This document shows, piece by piece, positions 1 through 8,787 of a stretch of DNA of 64,000 nucleotides; position 1 is the stretch's first letter; every line of letters begins with the position of its first letter. The notes under the pieces were generated by a model that saw nothing but the letters and a program-made list of their open reading frames with translations, was not told the DNA's origin and made no database searches. The translations under genes were made by a program, and so were the position numbers. Where the stretch lies: the sequence record NC_005859.1. The stretch is one strand, 5' to 3'. Source of the stretch: Escherichia phage T5.

Positions 1-5
1 CAATA

Positions 6-344
6 ATGATTGTTGGGGTATCTTCATGGTTCTCTGTCAGGAATGAGATGGAGAACGTTCAGATTATGACCGGGTTAGGTCTTATAGACCGTTTTCTTGG
101 TACAACGGATTTTACTGGTGGTGGGCTATCTAGGGGTAATTCTGTTCTTCGCTTCGTTGAAAAGCATAAGCTCAAACATTGGTGTGTGCTGGATGATGCT
201 GGTGCTATGATGTATCAGTATCCAACGGTTATAGTCAATGGTAGAACTGGAATAAATCTTCAAGATTTAAGAGCTGTTAGCTATATGTTAGAATTTAGTC
301 CAGATCTTGAAATGTGTAAAGCCCTACAACAATTTAAGGTGTAA
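6..344 (+). CDS. hypothetical protein (may be 5'-truncated by window edge)
   Basis: 112-aa ORF; tightly packed with downstream gene (stop 344, next ATG 347). Confidence 0.45.
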   Translation: MIVGVSSWFSVRNEMENVQIMTGLGLIDRFLGTTDFTGGGLSRGNSVLRFVEKHKLKHWCVLDDAGAMMYQYPTVIVNGRTGINLQDLRAVSYMLEFSPDLEMCKALQQFKV

Positions 345-346
345 AT

Positions 347-775
347 ATGTTTAATAATGTATTCTCTAAAGAAGCTAATCCAATATTGGTTAATTTTTGG
401 CGTACTCTTCCAGCCAACCTGTACAATGAGGCTATTAATGCTCTAAAAATATGGTGTGAGAATAATGAAATCTCCTTTGCTTTTAAAGGCGAGATTGAAG
501 AAGCTCCCTGTATTGGTTTAATTGTGCAGGTAGAGGATGGTCTTGAAGAGATTGTCGGCTGGAAAGAGTTAGATGAAATGGGCTTGGTTTTTGCATTAAA
601 CTATAAGCTGTTTATGCCTAATAAACACCGTATTGTTGTTAACTATAAAACCAGTGAATCTCCTGGCTTTCAAGTTAATGAACATTACGGTTGGTCTTAC
701 TCACCGGAAGAAGTAAATGATGGTATCCAAAAACTTCGTCGTTTTGGTTATCAAATTCCGGGTTTAACTGCCTAA
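347..775 (+). CDS. hypothetical protein, tandem paralog A
   Basis: 142-aa ORF; shares PCIG...W.EL..MGL..ALN..LF.P...RFGY.IPGL pattern with next ORF. Confidence 0.6.
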   Translation: MFNNVFSKEANPILVNFWRTLPANLYNEAINALKIWCENNEISFAFKGEIEEAPCIGLIVQVEDGLEEIVGWKELDEMGLVFALNYKLFMPNKHRIVVNYKTSESPGFQVNEHYGWSYSPEEVNDGIQKLRRFGYQIPGLTA

Positions 776-784
776 GGAGGCACA

Positions 785-1177
785 ATGGAACAAATATATT
801 GGCGTCAGATTGATCCTAGTTTGGTGAAGTGTGCAGAGAAGCTGCTACAACGTTGGTTGGGGGTAAGACAAGCCTCCTTCACTTTTCCGGAGCAGCAAAT
901 AGACGATCCCTGTATTGGTGTTTTCCTATCAGGCTACGCTGGGGAATGGGAATTGGATTGGAATGAATTGTCTGCTATGGGTTTAATTGTTGCACTAAAT
1001 TTCTCTTTGTTCCATCCACGTGGTTTGGCTATATGTCGTGTGCCTGATGATGGTTGTTCGCCCCATCTTTTACGGGTGGAAGATGATATTTGGGAGTACA
1101 CTCCAGATACTCTCAAAGAAGCTAAAGAACAGTTAAACCGTGTTGGGATCTATGTTCCAGGCCTGAATGATGAATGA
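785..1177 (+). CDS. hypothetical protein, tandem paralog B
   Basis: 130-aa ORF; RBS aaggagg upstream; clear similarity to 347..775 product. Confidence 0.6.
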   Translation: MEQIYWRQIDPSLVKCAEKLLQRWLGVRQASFTFPEQQIDDPCIGVFLSGYAGEWELDWNELSAMGLIVALNFSLFHPRGLAICRVPDDGCSPHLLRVEDDIWEYTPDTLKEAKEQLNRVGIYVPGLNDE

Positions 1178-1200
1178 TTTTTATTAGCTGAACTCTGATT

Positions 1201-1227
1201 ACCGAGTCATTTTGGCTCGGTTTTCTC
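1201..1227 (+). terminator. rho-independent terminator
   Basis: stem accgagtc/ggctcggt with following T-run, just after stop of 785..1177. Confidence 0.55.
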
Positions 1228-1268
1228 TGTACTCAAAGACACTGATAGCACCATCCGGAAAATTTTAC

Positions 1269-1297
1269 TTGCAGGATGCCCAAAATCTTGATATAAT
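1269..1297 (+). promoter_or_regulatory. sigma70-type early promoter
   Basis: -35 TTGCAG, 17-bp spacer, extended -10 TGaTATAAT, followed by T5-early-like ATTTATATTGAATTGAGAGA tract. Confidence 0.5.
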
Positions 1298-1794
1298 ATT
1301 TATATTGAATTGAGAGACATTAGTAAAAATTGATTTTGCTAATTTTTCTTGTTTACAATCCGCGATACGGAACAGTTAGGCTGCCCCATTAAGGGTTGTT
1401 TTAACTGTTACTAGTGTTTATATTGCATTAGTTAATATTCAATTAAGTGATCTGTGTACCCTGAATTCGGAAAGGTAAATCCAAACCGTGCATATTTAGC
1501 TCGTTATATAGGCAGAGTTTTATATGGGGGTGCGAACGAAAAGAGCAGCGAATGGCGGCACGTACAGTAGTCACCTACCAATAGGATAGTGAGGACAAAT
1601 AGAATCGGCTTAGCGGCCAATGACCTAGGTTCTATTCTGTATATGAGCGAAGAGAGCACAGCACTGAGATATGATAACTTATTCATATTGTTTGATGATA
1701 ATTGATGTTTACGTAAATAGTAGTAATAGTTGTTCTATTCTTTCTGAATAGTCCTAAAGAAAAGATTTCGATTAACCAACACAGGAGTATTGTT

Positions 1795-4581
1795 GTGTTT
1801 TCTATCCTCCAAGGTCACGCCGGATTTTCTCGTGATTTAGCAACAGGTATTTGGCGAGAAATCAAAGCGGAAGATTATACCTTTGCCAAGCGATTCTCGA
1901 AAGAGCATCCAGAAGGTAAACCAGCTTCTATGCCCTTCAAATTTGATGTAATAGAAGAGCACGACCCACAAAGCCTTGCCGAAATGTTACCCCTCATGAG
2001 ACGTTTAACGTCTGACCCTCATATCGTTGCGGTGCGAGGTCGATGTCTCGCACCTAAAAATAATGTGCGACGTAAGAAAGGTAACTTTAATGTATCTAAT
2101 CCTAGTAATATTATTGCTATGGACGTGGATGGTATCCTAGATACCGGTGGGTATGACAAATTTAATCTTGTTGGTATGGCCCGCCACATTATTAAGATGT
2201 TGAATAGTATTAGTGAGGATATGTTTCCTCTTGATGCAGGGTTTATTGCTCATGCATCGTCTTCGGCTGGGCTAAAACCAGGTATCCGAATGCACTTAAT
2301 GCTAGAATCTAACGTCAAGGTAACTCAGGGTCAGCTAAAGTTCTTATTTACATCTATCAACGATAGTAGTAAGCAAAAATTTGGTTTTGATATTGCCGAC
2401 CTAGCTTATTATTCATCTGTCCAGCTCCACTATTTTGCCGACCCCTTATTTAGCGATGGTATTGTTGATCCGTTTAAAGCGGAGAGTAAGCCACGTCTGG
2501 TGTATGTTAAAGGTTCGAAAGTAAATTTGCCCAATAATCTGGTTGACTATGAAACAACTAGAGGGGAGTTTAAGGAAGAGTTTTATTCTTTACTTGATCA
2601 AATTAAAGGCAAAAAGATTGCTTCTGATAAAGTAGAAGAAACCATCAGCGAGTTAGAAGAGGCTGATGATGGAGTGTATTTGCGTATTATCCCCAAACTA
2701 TACCATAGAGCATTAGAGGATGGTGTTGATTTTGCATGGCTAGAACGTGAGATTAAACCAGCTTTATCTGAATATATTGCAACTAAAGATAACAGTCGTA
2801 ATATTCAAGATTACTTTAATAACGGTCGTAAGCAGGCTCTCAAAGCGTTTGTTAATAATTCTAAACGTGAGATTCCATTAAATCTGAAAGGTGTTCCACT
2901 TAAGAAATTAGAAGTGGATTCTCCACCAGAAGTTCCATACCTGAAGATTAACATTGTGCCCCCAAAAGGCCATATAACATTTGTTAAGGCAAGTCTTGGT
3001 ACTGGTAAAACTACGGCAGTAACTAAATGGCTGGACGCAGGTGTTCTTCCAGGCAACTTTTTAGCAGTTACAAATACTAGAGCACTGGTATCTTCAAATG
3101 CCAAGAAATTTAGTGCAGGACAATACGATAAGTCTGTAGATATGCTCAACTTTAAACGTGGAGCTATCGATCGTATGTCCACAACTATTCACTCTTTGCA
3201 TAAGTTCAAAAGTTTTATTGGGCAAATAGACACCATTTTTATTGATGAATGTGACGCTGTAATGAATGACCTATTATTCGCCCCTGTTGTTAAACAACGT
3301 CGCGAGTGTATTCAAGTTCTACGTGACATCCTTATGACAGCTAAGACTGTAATCTTATCCGATGGTGATATTAGTGCTGAGACGATTGAAGCATATGGTT
3401 CTCTAATTGATTTTGATAAACCAGTAGCATTTTATAATCATCACCGTAAAATGCTGTCAAAAGCACACGCTTATGAGTTTCCTGATGAATCCAGTATTTG
3501 GGTTGCACTTCAGACTTCTCTAGAGATGGGTGAGAAATCTATTCTAGTATCTGATTGTGGCCCGGATGAGCTGAATGAGAAGGGTATGGCACTGCGTCGT
3601 AATACGGGTGCGTTAGTTAAGGAAATCCATTCAAACTCCACCTCAGATGTGGATATTCGACGTATTCTGGATTATACAACTAATGAGCTAATTGATCAAC
3701 AAATTGATTGCTTATTATGTAGTCCATCCGTAACGAGTGGCGTTGACTTTAACTATTTCGATAATGTGTTTGTTATTACTAGAACCAGTAATCAAGCGCC
3801 AAACATGCGTTTCCAAGCAATCAGGCGCGACCGTGGTGCCCAGAACATCTATTATTTTATTGATAAATCTACGAGTGGATTCTCTGCAGGTTCTGAGCAA
3901 TATAATATTGATGAAGGTTGGCTGGAGTTAGCACAGCAATTATACGCACGTCGTAGAGAGCTGGAATCTAGAAACTATACTAGTACCTTACGTTATTATT
4001 TGCTTGATCAGGGTGCAACTATTGATATTTTCAGCGAAAGCTGGGGAACTATTGAAGGTGCTGGTAAAGAATATACAGAAGAGCGAATCAAAGCTATTCT
4101 GCATTCAACTCCAGATTATTGTGCCCCACGTCATGCAGATGCATATGAAGCTAAACTACTTCTTGTTCGCTATTATCATCTTGAGTCTATTAAAGATGTA
4201 ACAGTTGAGCATGTCGAACAATATATCAAAGATAAACCGAATGATCGAGCTGCATTCTTCCATAAGATGCACGAGATGTTCTGGGAAGATATTAAGAAGT
4301 GTTCAAATGTGACCATTAAACCATTCATAGAGGCTCTGAAAGGTAAGAAGAAAGACTTCTTCCTTAAAACAGGTCAGAGTGCCAACCCAAAATATGCTAG
4401 AATGTATCTTGGTATGATGGGTATTGGTAAGGATATGAACACTGAAAATATTGTAGACTGGTACAGAACCTATTGTAAAATCGAGTGTATGCCAATTCCT
4501 TTCAAATTCATGACAGAGGAAGAGAGGGCTATGGCAGAAGAAGTAATGTCCGAACTTGGAGCAACTAATGAAGATGCATAA
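1795..4581 (+). CDS. large P-loop ATPase, putative replication/origin-binding helicase-like protein
   Basis: 928-aa ORF, GTG start with RBS aggag; Walker A LGTGKTT; Walker-B-like FIDECD. Confidence 0.7.
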   Translation: MFSILQGHAGFSRDLATGIWREIKAEDYTFAKRFSKEHPEGKPASMPFKFDVIEEHDPQSLAEMLPLMRRLTSDPHIVAVRGRCLAPKNNVRRKKGNFNVSNPSNIIAMDVDGILDTGGYDKFNLVGMARHIIKMLNSISEDMFPLDAGFIAHASSSAGLKPGIRMHLMLESNVKVTQGQLKFLFTSINDSSKQKFGFDIADLAYYSSVQLHYFADPLFSDGIVDPFKAESKPRLVYVKGSKVNLPNNLVDYETTRGEFKEEFYSLLDQIKGKKIASDKVEETISELEEADDGVYLRIIPKLYHRALEDGVDFAWLEREIKPALSEYIATKDNSRNIQDYFNNGRKQALKAFVNNSKREIPLNLKGVPLKKLEVDSPPEVPYLKINIVPPKGHITFVKASLGTGKTTAVTKWLDAGVLPGNFLAVTNTRALVSSNAKKFSAGQYDKSVDMLNFKRGAIDRMSTTIHSLHKFKSFIGQIDTIFIDECDAVMNDLLFAPVVKQRRECIQVLRDILMTAKTVILSDGDISAETIEAYGSLIDFDKPVAFYNHHRKMLSKAHAYEFPDESSIWVALQTSLEMGEKSILVSDCGPDELNEKGMALRRNTGALVKEIHSNSTSDVDIRRILDYTTNELIDQQIDCLLCSPSVTSGVDFNYFDNVFVITRTSNQAPNMRFQAIRRDRGAQNIYYFIDKSTSGFSAGSEQYNIDEGWLELAQQLYARRRELESRNYTSTLRYYLLDQGATIDIFSESWGTIEGAGKEYTEERIKAILHSTPDYCAPRHADAYEAKLLLVRYYHLESIKDVTVEHVEQYIKDKPNDRAAFFHKMHEMFWEDIKKCSNVTIKPFIEALKGKKKDFFLKTGQSANPKYARMYLGMMGIGKDMNTENIVDWYRTYCKIECMPIPFKFMTEEERAMAEEVMSELGATNEDA

Positions 4582-5086
4582 ACCAATGCCTCCTATGGCA
4601 TTTATCCTAGAAAAGCTTAGGTATGACGAAAGTACCGGGGACTTAATTTGGTTATCTGGCCCAAGGAAGGGAAAGGTGGCGGGCTCCAAAATGAAAACTG
4701 GAAGACAGTTAGAGTTTACGATAAATGGGGAGCGGACAGCTTACTTAGCCCATAGAATAATCTGGTTTATAAAGACAGGCGAAGATCCTGGGGATAAAAC
4801 TATCGACCACAAAGACGGTGATAGTTTAAACAACTTGTGGGATAATTTACGTAAGGCTACCTATTCCGAAAATGGAAAGAATAAGAAGTGTTCTACTAAT
4901 TCTACCGGATTCACTGGAGTTGTAAAACGAGGTAATAGATATATGGCCTACGCTTACTGCGAGGGAAAGCAGCATATTTTTGGTAGACGAGATACCCCGG
5001 AAGAAGCCCATCAGCTATACCTTAGGGGAGTTAAAGAACTGTTTGGTGAATTTAATCCCTCGGAGAGATATGACAGTGAAGAATAA
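4556..5086 (+). CDS. HNH homing endonuclease with AP2-like DNA-binding domain
   Basis: 176 aa; AHRIIW...IDHKDGDSLNN..NLR.AT..EN HNH motif; C-terminal TGFTGV..RGNRYMAY AP2-like segment; start overlaps preceding gene. Confidence 0.75.
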   Translation: MEQLMKMHKPMPPMAFILEKLRYDESTGDLIWLSGPRKGKVAGSKMKTGRQLEFTINGERTAYLAHRIIWFIKTGEDPGDKTIDHKDGDSLNNLWDNLRKATYSENGKNKKCSTNSTGFTGVVKRGNRYMAYAYCEGKQHIFGRRDTPEEAHQLYLRGVKELFGEFNPSERYDSEE

Positions 5087-5303
5087 AAAATGGGAAACAA
5101 GGAAGTTTCCAGTAAAAGAACGTAAAGTTCCTGTTTATGATACTTCGGAGAAGCTATGTAGGGTGGTACCGCACAGATTAGCTGGCATCCCTAACATATC
5201 CGAATGGTTACTTAAACAACGGAGGACTAGCGTATCCCTTCGCATAGGGTTTGAGTTAGATAAAGTATATGCTGAACTTTCTTCTTTGCTCAAAGAATCA
5301 TAA
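5070..5303 (+). CDS. hypothetical small protein
   Basis: ATG overlapping HNH stop, RBS ggagaga; longer upstream start at 4980 would overlap HNH coding. Confidence 0.3.
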   Translation: MTVKNKKWETRKFPVKERKVPVYDTSEKLCRVVPHRLAGIPNISEWLLKQRRTSVSLRIGFELDKVYAELSSLLKES

Positions 5304-5312
5304 AAAATTTAT

Positions 5313-5341
5313 TTGCTTTCAGGAAAATTTTTCTGTATAAT
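5313..5341 (+). promoter_or_regulatory. T5 early promoter, sequence matches PN25
   Basis: -35 TTGCTT 5313-5318, 17-bp spacer, -10 TATAAT 5336-5341, AT-rich upstream and ATAAATTTGAGAGAGGAG downstream; identical to my memory of PN25. Confidence 0.85.
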
Positions 5342-5371
5342 AGATTCATAAATTTGAGAGAGGAGTTAAAT

Positions 5372-6076
5372 ATGGCTGGTTCTCGCAGAAAGAAACATAT
5401 CCATGAAATCCCGGATGAAGTCTTTAAAAAAGTTATAGAGCATCTGGAAAACGGTGGTACTAAGAAAGCAGCATGTGAAATGCTCGGCGTATCATCCAAT
5501 CCAACTATGGAAAGGATGATTGAAGAGTGGCAAGACCGCCAGATTCAAGTTGCCGAAATGAAGAAAAAGAAACGTGGTACACTCATTGAAGGTATTGAGT
5601 TGGCCAACGTTATTGAACAGTATCTATCTGGCGATTCTTTCGAAGAGATTGCCGATCGTAATTACCGCTCTGTAGCAATGGTTAAATCTGTTCTGGAACG
5701 CTATGGTGCTCTGCTTCGTTTGAACGATATTGTAGATCCATTGAATCCACCAATTATTCCTGATGATGCTGTAGCAGAAGAATTTGAGGTAGGTGAGCTT
5801 GTTTGGGTTCCTGGATACCAGTGTATTGGTGAAATCAAAAAAGCAATGGATAACCCTGTTGGTTGTTACCGTGTTTGGCTTCTATCAGAAGGCAAACAAC
5901 AGAACGTTCATTATATGAATTATGAGCTGGCCTCTGTTAAACACCTGGAAAAGTTAGGGGTTGATGTAAAATCTCTGGGGTATAAATGGACTCGGGAAGA
6001 AGTCATTACGTTGATTAACGAAGCTGTTAAGGCCGCCTTGAAACTTGATAAAGAAAAAGGAAAACGCCGTGAGTAG
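5372..6076 (+). CDS. hypothetical protein with probable N-terminal helix-turn-helix
   Basis: ATG at 5372 sits 6 nt after RBS gagaggag and downstream of the PN25 start site; the track start 5354 lies at the transcription start. Confidence 0.7.
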   Translation: MAGSRRKKHIHEIPDEVFKKVIEHLENGGTKKAACEMLGVSSNPTMERMIEEWQDRQIQVAEMKKKKRGTLIEGIELANVIEQYLSGDSFEEIADRNYRSVAMVKSVLERYGALLRLNDIVDPLNPPIIPDDAVAEEFEVGELVWVPGYQCIGEIKKAMDNPVGCYRVWLLSEGKQQNVHYMNYELASVKHLEKLGVDVKSLGYKWTREEVITLINEAVKAALKLDKEKGKRRE

Positions 6077-6320
6077 ACTAACTGATTTACTTAAAGATGG
6101 GGAAGTAAAAACACTATATCGTAGAAGCTGGGATAACGATAATAACGGCTTAGTGTTACTAACTTTAGATGCTGACTCGGATGTAGCTACTCAGCATACC
6201 TGGGTAGCCGGTAATTATCCATATAGCGAGGTTGTTTCATTAACAGTATGCGAAGCTATTGCAGACGATTGGGAGGTTGCCAGCATTGAGGGTATGCTCG
6301 CTGTTGGCCTGGTGGAGTAA
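6045..6320 (+). CDS. hypothetical protein
   Basis: 91-aa ORF overlapping upstream gene; true start may be GTG near 6070. Confidence 0.45.
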   Translation: MIKKKENAVSRLTDLLKDGEVKTLYRRSWDNDNNGLVLLTLDADSDVATQHTWVAGNYPYSEVVSLTVCEAIADDWEVASIEGMLAVGLVE

Positions 6321-6337
6321 CTACTTAAAAATTTCAG

Positions 6338-6366
6338 TTGCTTAATCCTACAATTCTTGATATAAT
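6338..6366 (+). promoter_or_regulatory. sigma70-type early promoter
   Basis: -35 TTGCTT, 17-bp spacer, -10 TATAAT. Confidence 0.6.
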
Positions 6367-6423
6367 ATTCTCATAGTTTGAAAGAACTATTCTGTTTTAT
6401 TCTTAATTAAGGAAATATAAAAT

Positions 6424-6834
6424 ATGACTACTCCAACTCAGTGGACTGATGAACTGTTCGAAAAAATGTCTTCCGAATACGTTGCTCGTATGGAGCAATT
6501 CCCAGAGGATGAACGTCCGGGTGTTAGCATGGAAATTGTTAGCGAAATTGCCCAGGAAAATGGTGTAACTCCGAACGGTTTTCGTATGAAGCTGACTAAA
6601 GCAGGTTTGTATATTAAGAAAGCTGCTGGTTCTACTTCTAAATCTAGCGCATCTACTGGAGAAAAAGCTTCCGGTGGTTCTCGTACCTCCAAAGCTCAAG
6701 CCCACGCCGACCTTCGCGCAGCATTCTCTGATGCTGGCTTAGCACCAGATTTTCTGGATGATGCAATTATCGACAAACTGACCGGTAAAGCGGCTGCTCA
6801 TCTGGCAGAAGCAATCCGAGCTATCACTAAGTAA
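6424..6834 (+). CDS. hypothetical protein, probably abundant
   Basis: 136-aa ORF with E. coli-preferred codons (ctg, cgt, ggt); promoter plus RBS aaggaaa upstream. Confidence 0.65.
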   Translation: MTTPTQWTDELFEKMSSEYVARMEQFPEDERPGVSMEIVSEIAQENGVTPNGFRMKLTKAGLYIKKAAGSTSKSSASTGEKASGGSRTSKAQAHADLRAAFSDAGLAPDFLDDAIIDKLTGKAAAHLAEAIRAITK

Positions 6835-6870
6835 TTTTAGATAAATCCACCAACAAAAGGAACTATAGCT

Positions 6871-7167
6871 ATGACTAAAGCTGAAATTATTGCACAGTGC
6901 GAAAAATTTGGTGAGTTTTATCTTCATTACGAGAAACTTCGTCAGAAAGGAACCACGTACCTTCAGGGTACAATGGAATTTGATCCGGCCCAAGATAAAT
7001 ATCTGGCTGAGCGTATTAAACGCGAACGTATTCGTAAAGCGAAAGATGATGAAATCCTTGTCTTCTCTCGTACTAATGATAGCTTCCGTTTTATTCCTGT
7101 CGAGAAAGTCCGTCGTGTGACTAGCCTCCAATCAGAGTTAGATCGTGCTTCTCCAGTAGGCCGATAA
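6871..7167 (+). CDS. hypothetical protein
   Basis: 98-aa ORF, RBS aaaggaa. Confidence 0.55.
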   Translation: MTKAEIIAQCEKFGEFYLHYEKLRQKGTTYLQGTMEFDPAQDKYLAERIKRERIRKAKDDEILVFSRTNDSFRFIPVEKVRRVTSLQSELDRASPVGR

Positions 7168-7177
7168 GAAAACAATT

Positions 7178-7199
7178 AGCCCCTATATGGGGCTTTTTG
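7178..7199 (+). terminator. rho-independent terminator
   Basis: agcccc-tatat-ggggct hairpin followed by TTTTT. Confidence 0.7.
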
Positions 7200-7217
7200 T
7201 GTATTTGGGATATGTAA

Positions 7218-7526
7218 ATGAGCGAACAGGTAAATCAAAACTATGAAGGACACGTTGATGACCAGTCCATCATACTTTGGGAGAAGGAGGGGGAACAAGT
7301 AAGATTAACAGTATCTGAATTTCGTGGGAATCTATACATGGGTATTCGTTACTGGCTTCTTGATATTAATGATGAATGGTTTCCAACGAAATCTGGCTTC
7401 TCTTTTCCTTACACCCTAGAAACAACATCACAGCTTTTCTATGCGTTTACACAGATTCTTAGCGAATCTGAGGTTTTACATGAAGTACAGAAACGAGCTG
7501 AAGAACTCAAAGCCAAGAATGCCTAG
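7218..7526 (+). CDS. hypothetical protein
   Basis: 102-aa ORF. Confidence 0.55.
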   Translation: MSEQVNQNYEGHVDDQSIILWEKEGEQVRLTVSEFRGNLYMGIRYWLLDINDEWFPTKSGFSFPYTLETTSQLFYAFTQILSESEVLHEVQKRAEELKAKNA

Positions 7527-7540
7527 TTCTTGGCTTTTTC
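7511..7540 (+). terminator. rho-independent terminator
   Basis: gccaagaa-tgcctag-ttcttggc hairpin overlapping stop codon, then TTTTT. Confidence 0.65.
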
Positions 7541-7553
7541 TTTATAAATGTAT

Positions 7554-7582
7554 TTGCTTTCAACTCAGTTTTGTTATATAAT
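7554..7582 (+). promoter_or_regulatory. sigma70-type early promoter
   Basis: -35 TTGCTT, 17-bp spacer, -10 TATAAT, ATTTATATAAATT downstream. Confidence 0.6.
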
Positions 7583-7613
7583 ATTTATATAAATTAATGA
7601 GAGATATAAATAA

Positions 7614-8585
7614 ATGACTAATGTAAAAGAATTTATTAAACGCTGTCAAGAAGCATATTATCAAGGCATGTCTTTAATCTCTGATGAAGAATATGATCGC
7701 CTGGTAAAACGCTTCCCGTTAGAGGAAGAGATCGGGCCTAAGGGTGATATTCCACATCTATATCGTATGTATTCTTTACAGAAAGTTTACTATAACCGTG
7801 GTGATAAACCACCATTCAATCCTTTAGGTCAGGTGGAAACCGATAAGTTAGATGGTTGTGCAATTTCTCTGCTATATATTAACGGCGAATTTGTTCAAGC
7901 ATTAACCCGCGGTAATGGTATTCTGGGGAATGATGTCACAAGCAACGTAAGATTGCTGAACATTCCTAAAAAGATTTCCCAAAAAGTACCTACTCAAATC
8001 ACTGGTGAAGTTCTAATTACAAAAGAAGTAGAAAATAAACGTAACTTTGCCTCTGGTGCTATTAACCTCAAAGATAGCGATGATTTCGTACAACGTATCG
8101 GGGAAGGTGGTTTAATCTTCGTTGCATACGGTATCCAGTGTTCTGCTGAATCTGTAGGTATTACAGAAGCATATTTAAAAGATATGCTTTGGCTAGAGAA
8201 TGAGAACTTCTTAACAGTTGTTAATGTGCGTTCCTTCTTTAAATGGATTCCGACGGACGGTAAAGTTGTTCGTATTAATGACAACAACAAATTCTTCCGT
8301 GAAGGCTGGACTAATAAATTCCCTCGTGGAGCATTCGCTATTAAAGAGGATGAAGAAGGCGAGATTACAACTCTTACTAAAGTTGAATGGCAGGTAGGGG
8401 CTTCGGGTAAAGTAACTCCAGTTGGTTATTTTGAACCGGTAATTATTGATGATGCTACAATTGTTAAAGCAACTCTTAATAACGTTGATTATATTAACTC
8501 TCTCGATCTAGAGATCGGTTGCCAGATTCGAGTGATTCGTGCTGGTGGTGTAATCCCGTGCATAGTAGAGCGAGTATACGATTAA
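7614..8585 (+). CDS. NAD-dependent DNA ligase, N-terminal part (adenylation and OB domains)
   Basis: 323 aa; LigA-like N-terminus and KLDG adenylation-lysine motif. Confidence 0.8.
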   Translation: MTNVKEFIKRCQEAYYQGMSLISDEEYDRLVKRFPLEEEIGPKGDIPHLYRMYSLQKVYYNRGDKPPFNPLGQVETDKLDGCAISLLYINGEFVQALTRGNGILGNDVTSNVRLLNIPKKISQKVPTQITGEVLITKEVENKRNFASGAINLKDSDDFVQRIGEGGLIFVAYGIQCSAESVGITEAYLKDMLWLENENFLTVVNVRSFFKWIPTDGKVVRINDNNKFFREGWTNKFPRGAFAIKEDEEGEITTLTKVEWQVGASGKVTPVGYFEPVIIDDATIVKATLNNVDYINSLDLEIGCQIRVIRAGGVIPCIVERVYD

Positions 8586-8728
8586 TACATAACCCTTTGC
8601 TACCCATCTACCATATCGGAATTATAAAGTGGTTATTGACATTTTCGCCGCTTAGGTATATACTATTATCATTCAGTTGAGGGATAGAAAGTTATGGCGA
8701 GGGTAAGCAAAGTTAGTTAAAATTGTAG

Positions 8729-8757
8729 TTGCTAAATGCTTAAATACTTGCTATAAT
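8729..8757 (+). promoter_or_regulatory. sigma70-type promoter between ligase halves
   Basis: -35 TTGCTA, 17-bp spacer, extended -10 TGcTATAAT. Confidence 0.55.
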
Positions 8758-8787
8758 ATTTATATAAATTGATAAGGAAGAAATTTG

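Noticed and set aside
8586-8787. Group I intron or intein splitting the ligase
   Set aside because: The gap is only ~200 bp, contains a consensus promoter and RBS, and has no conserved intron-like structure or endonuclease ORF; two separate genes is the simpler reading.
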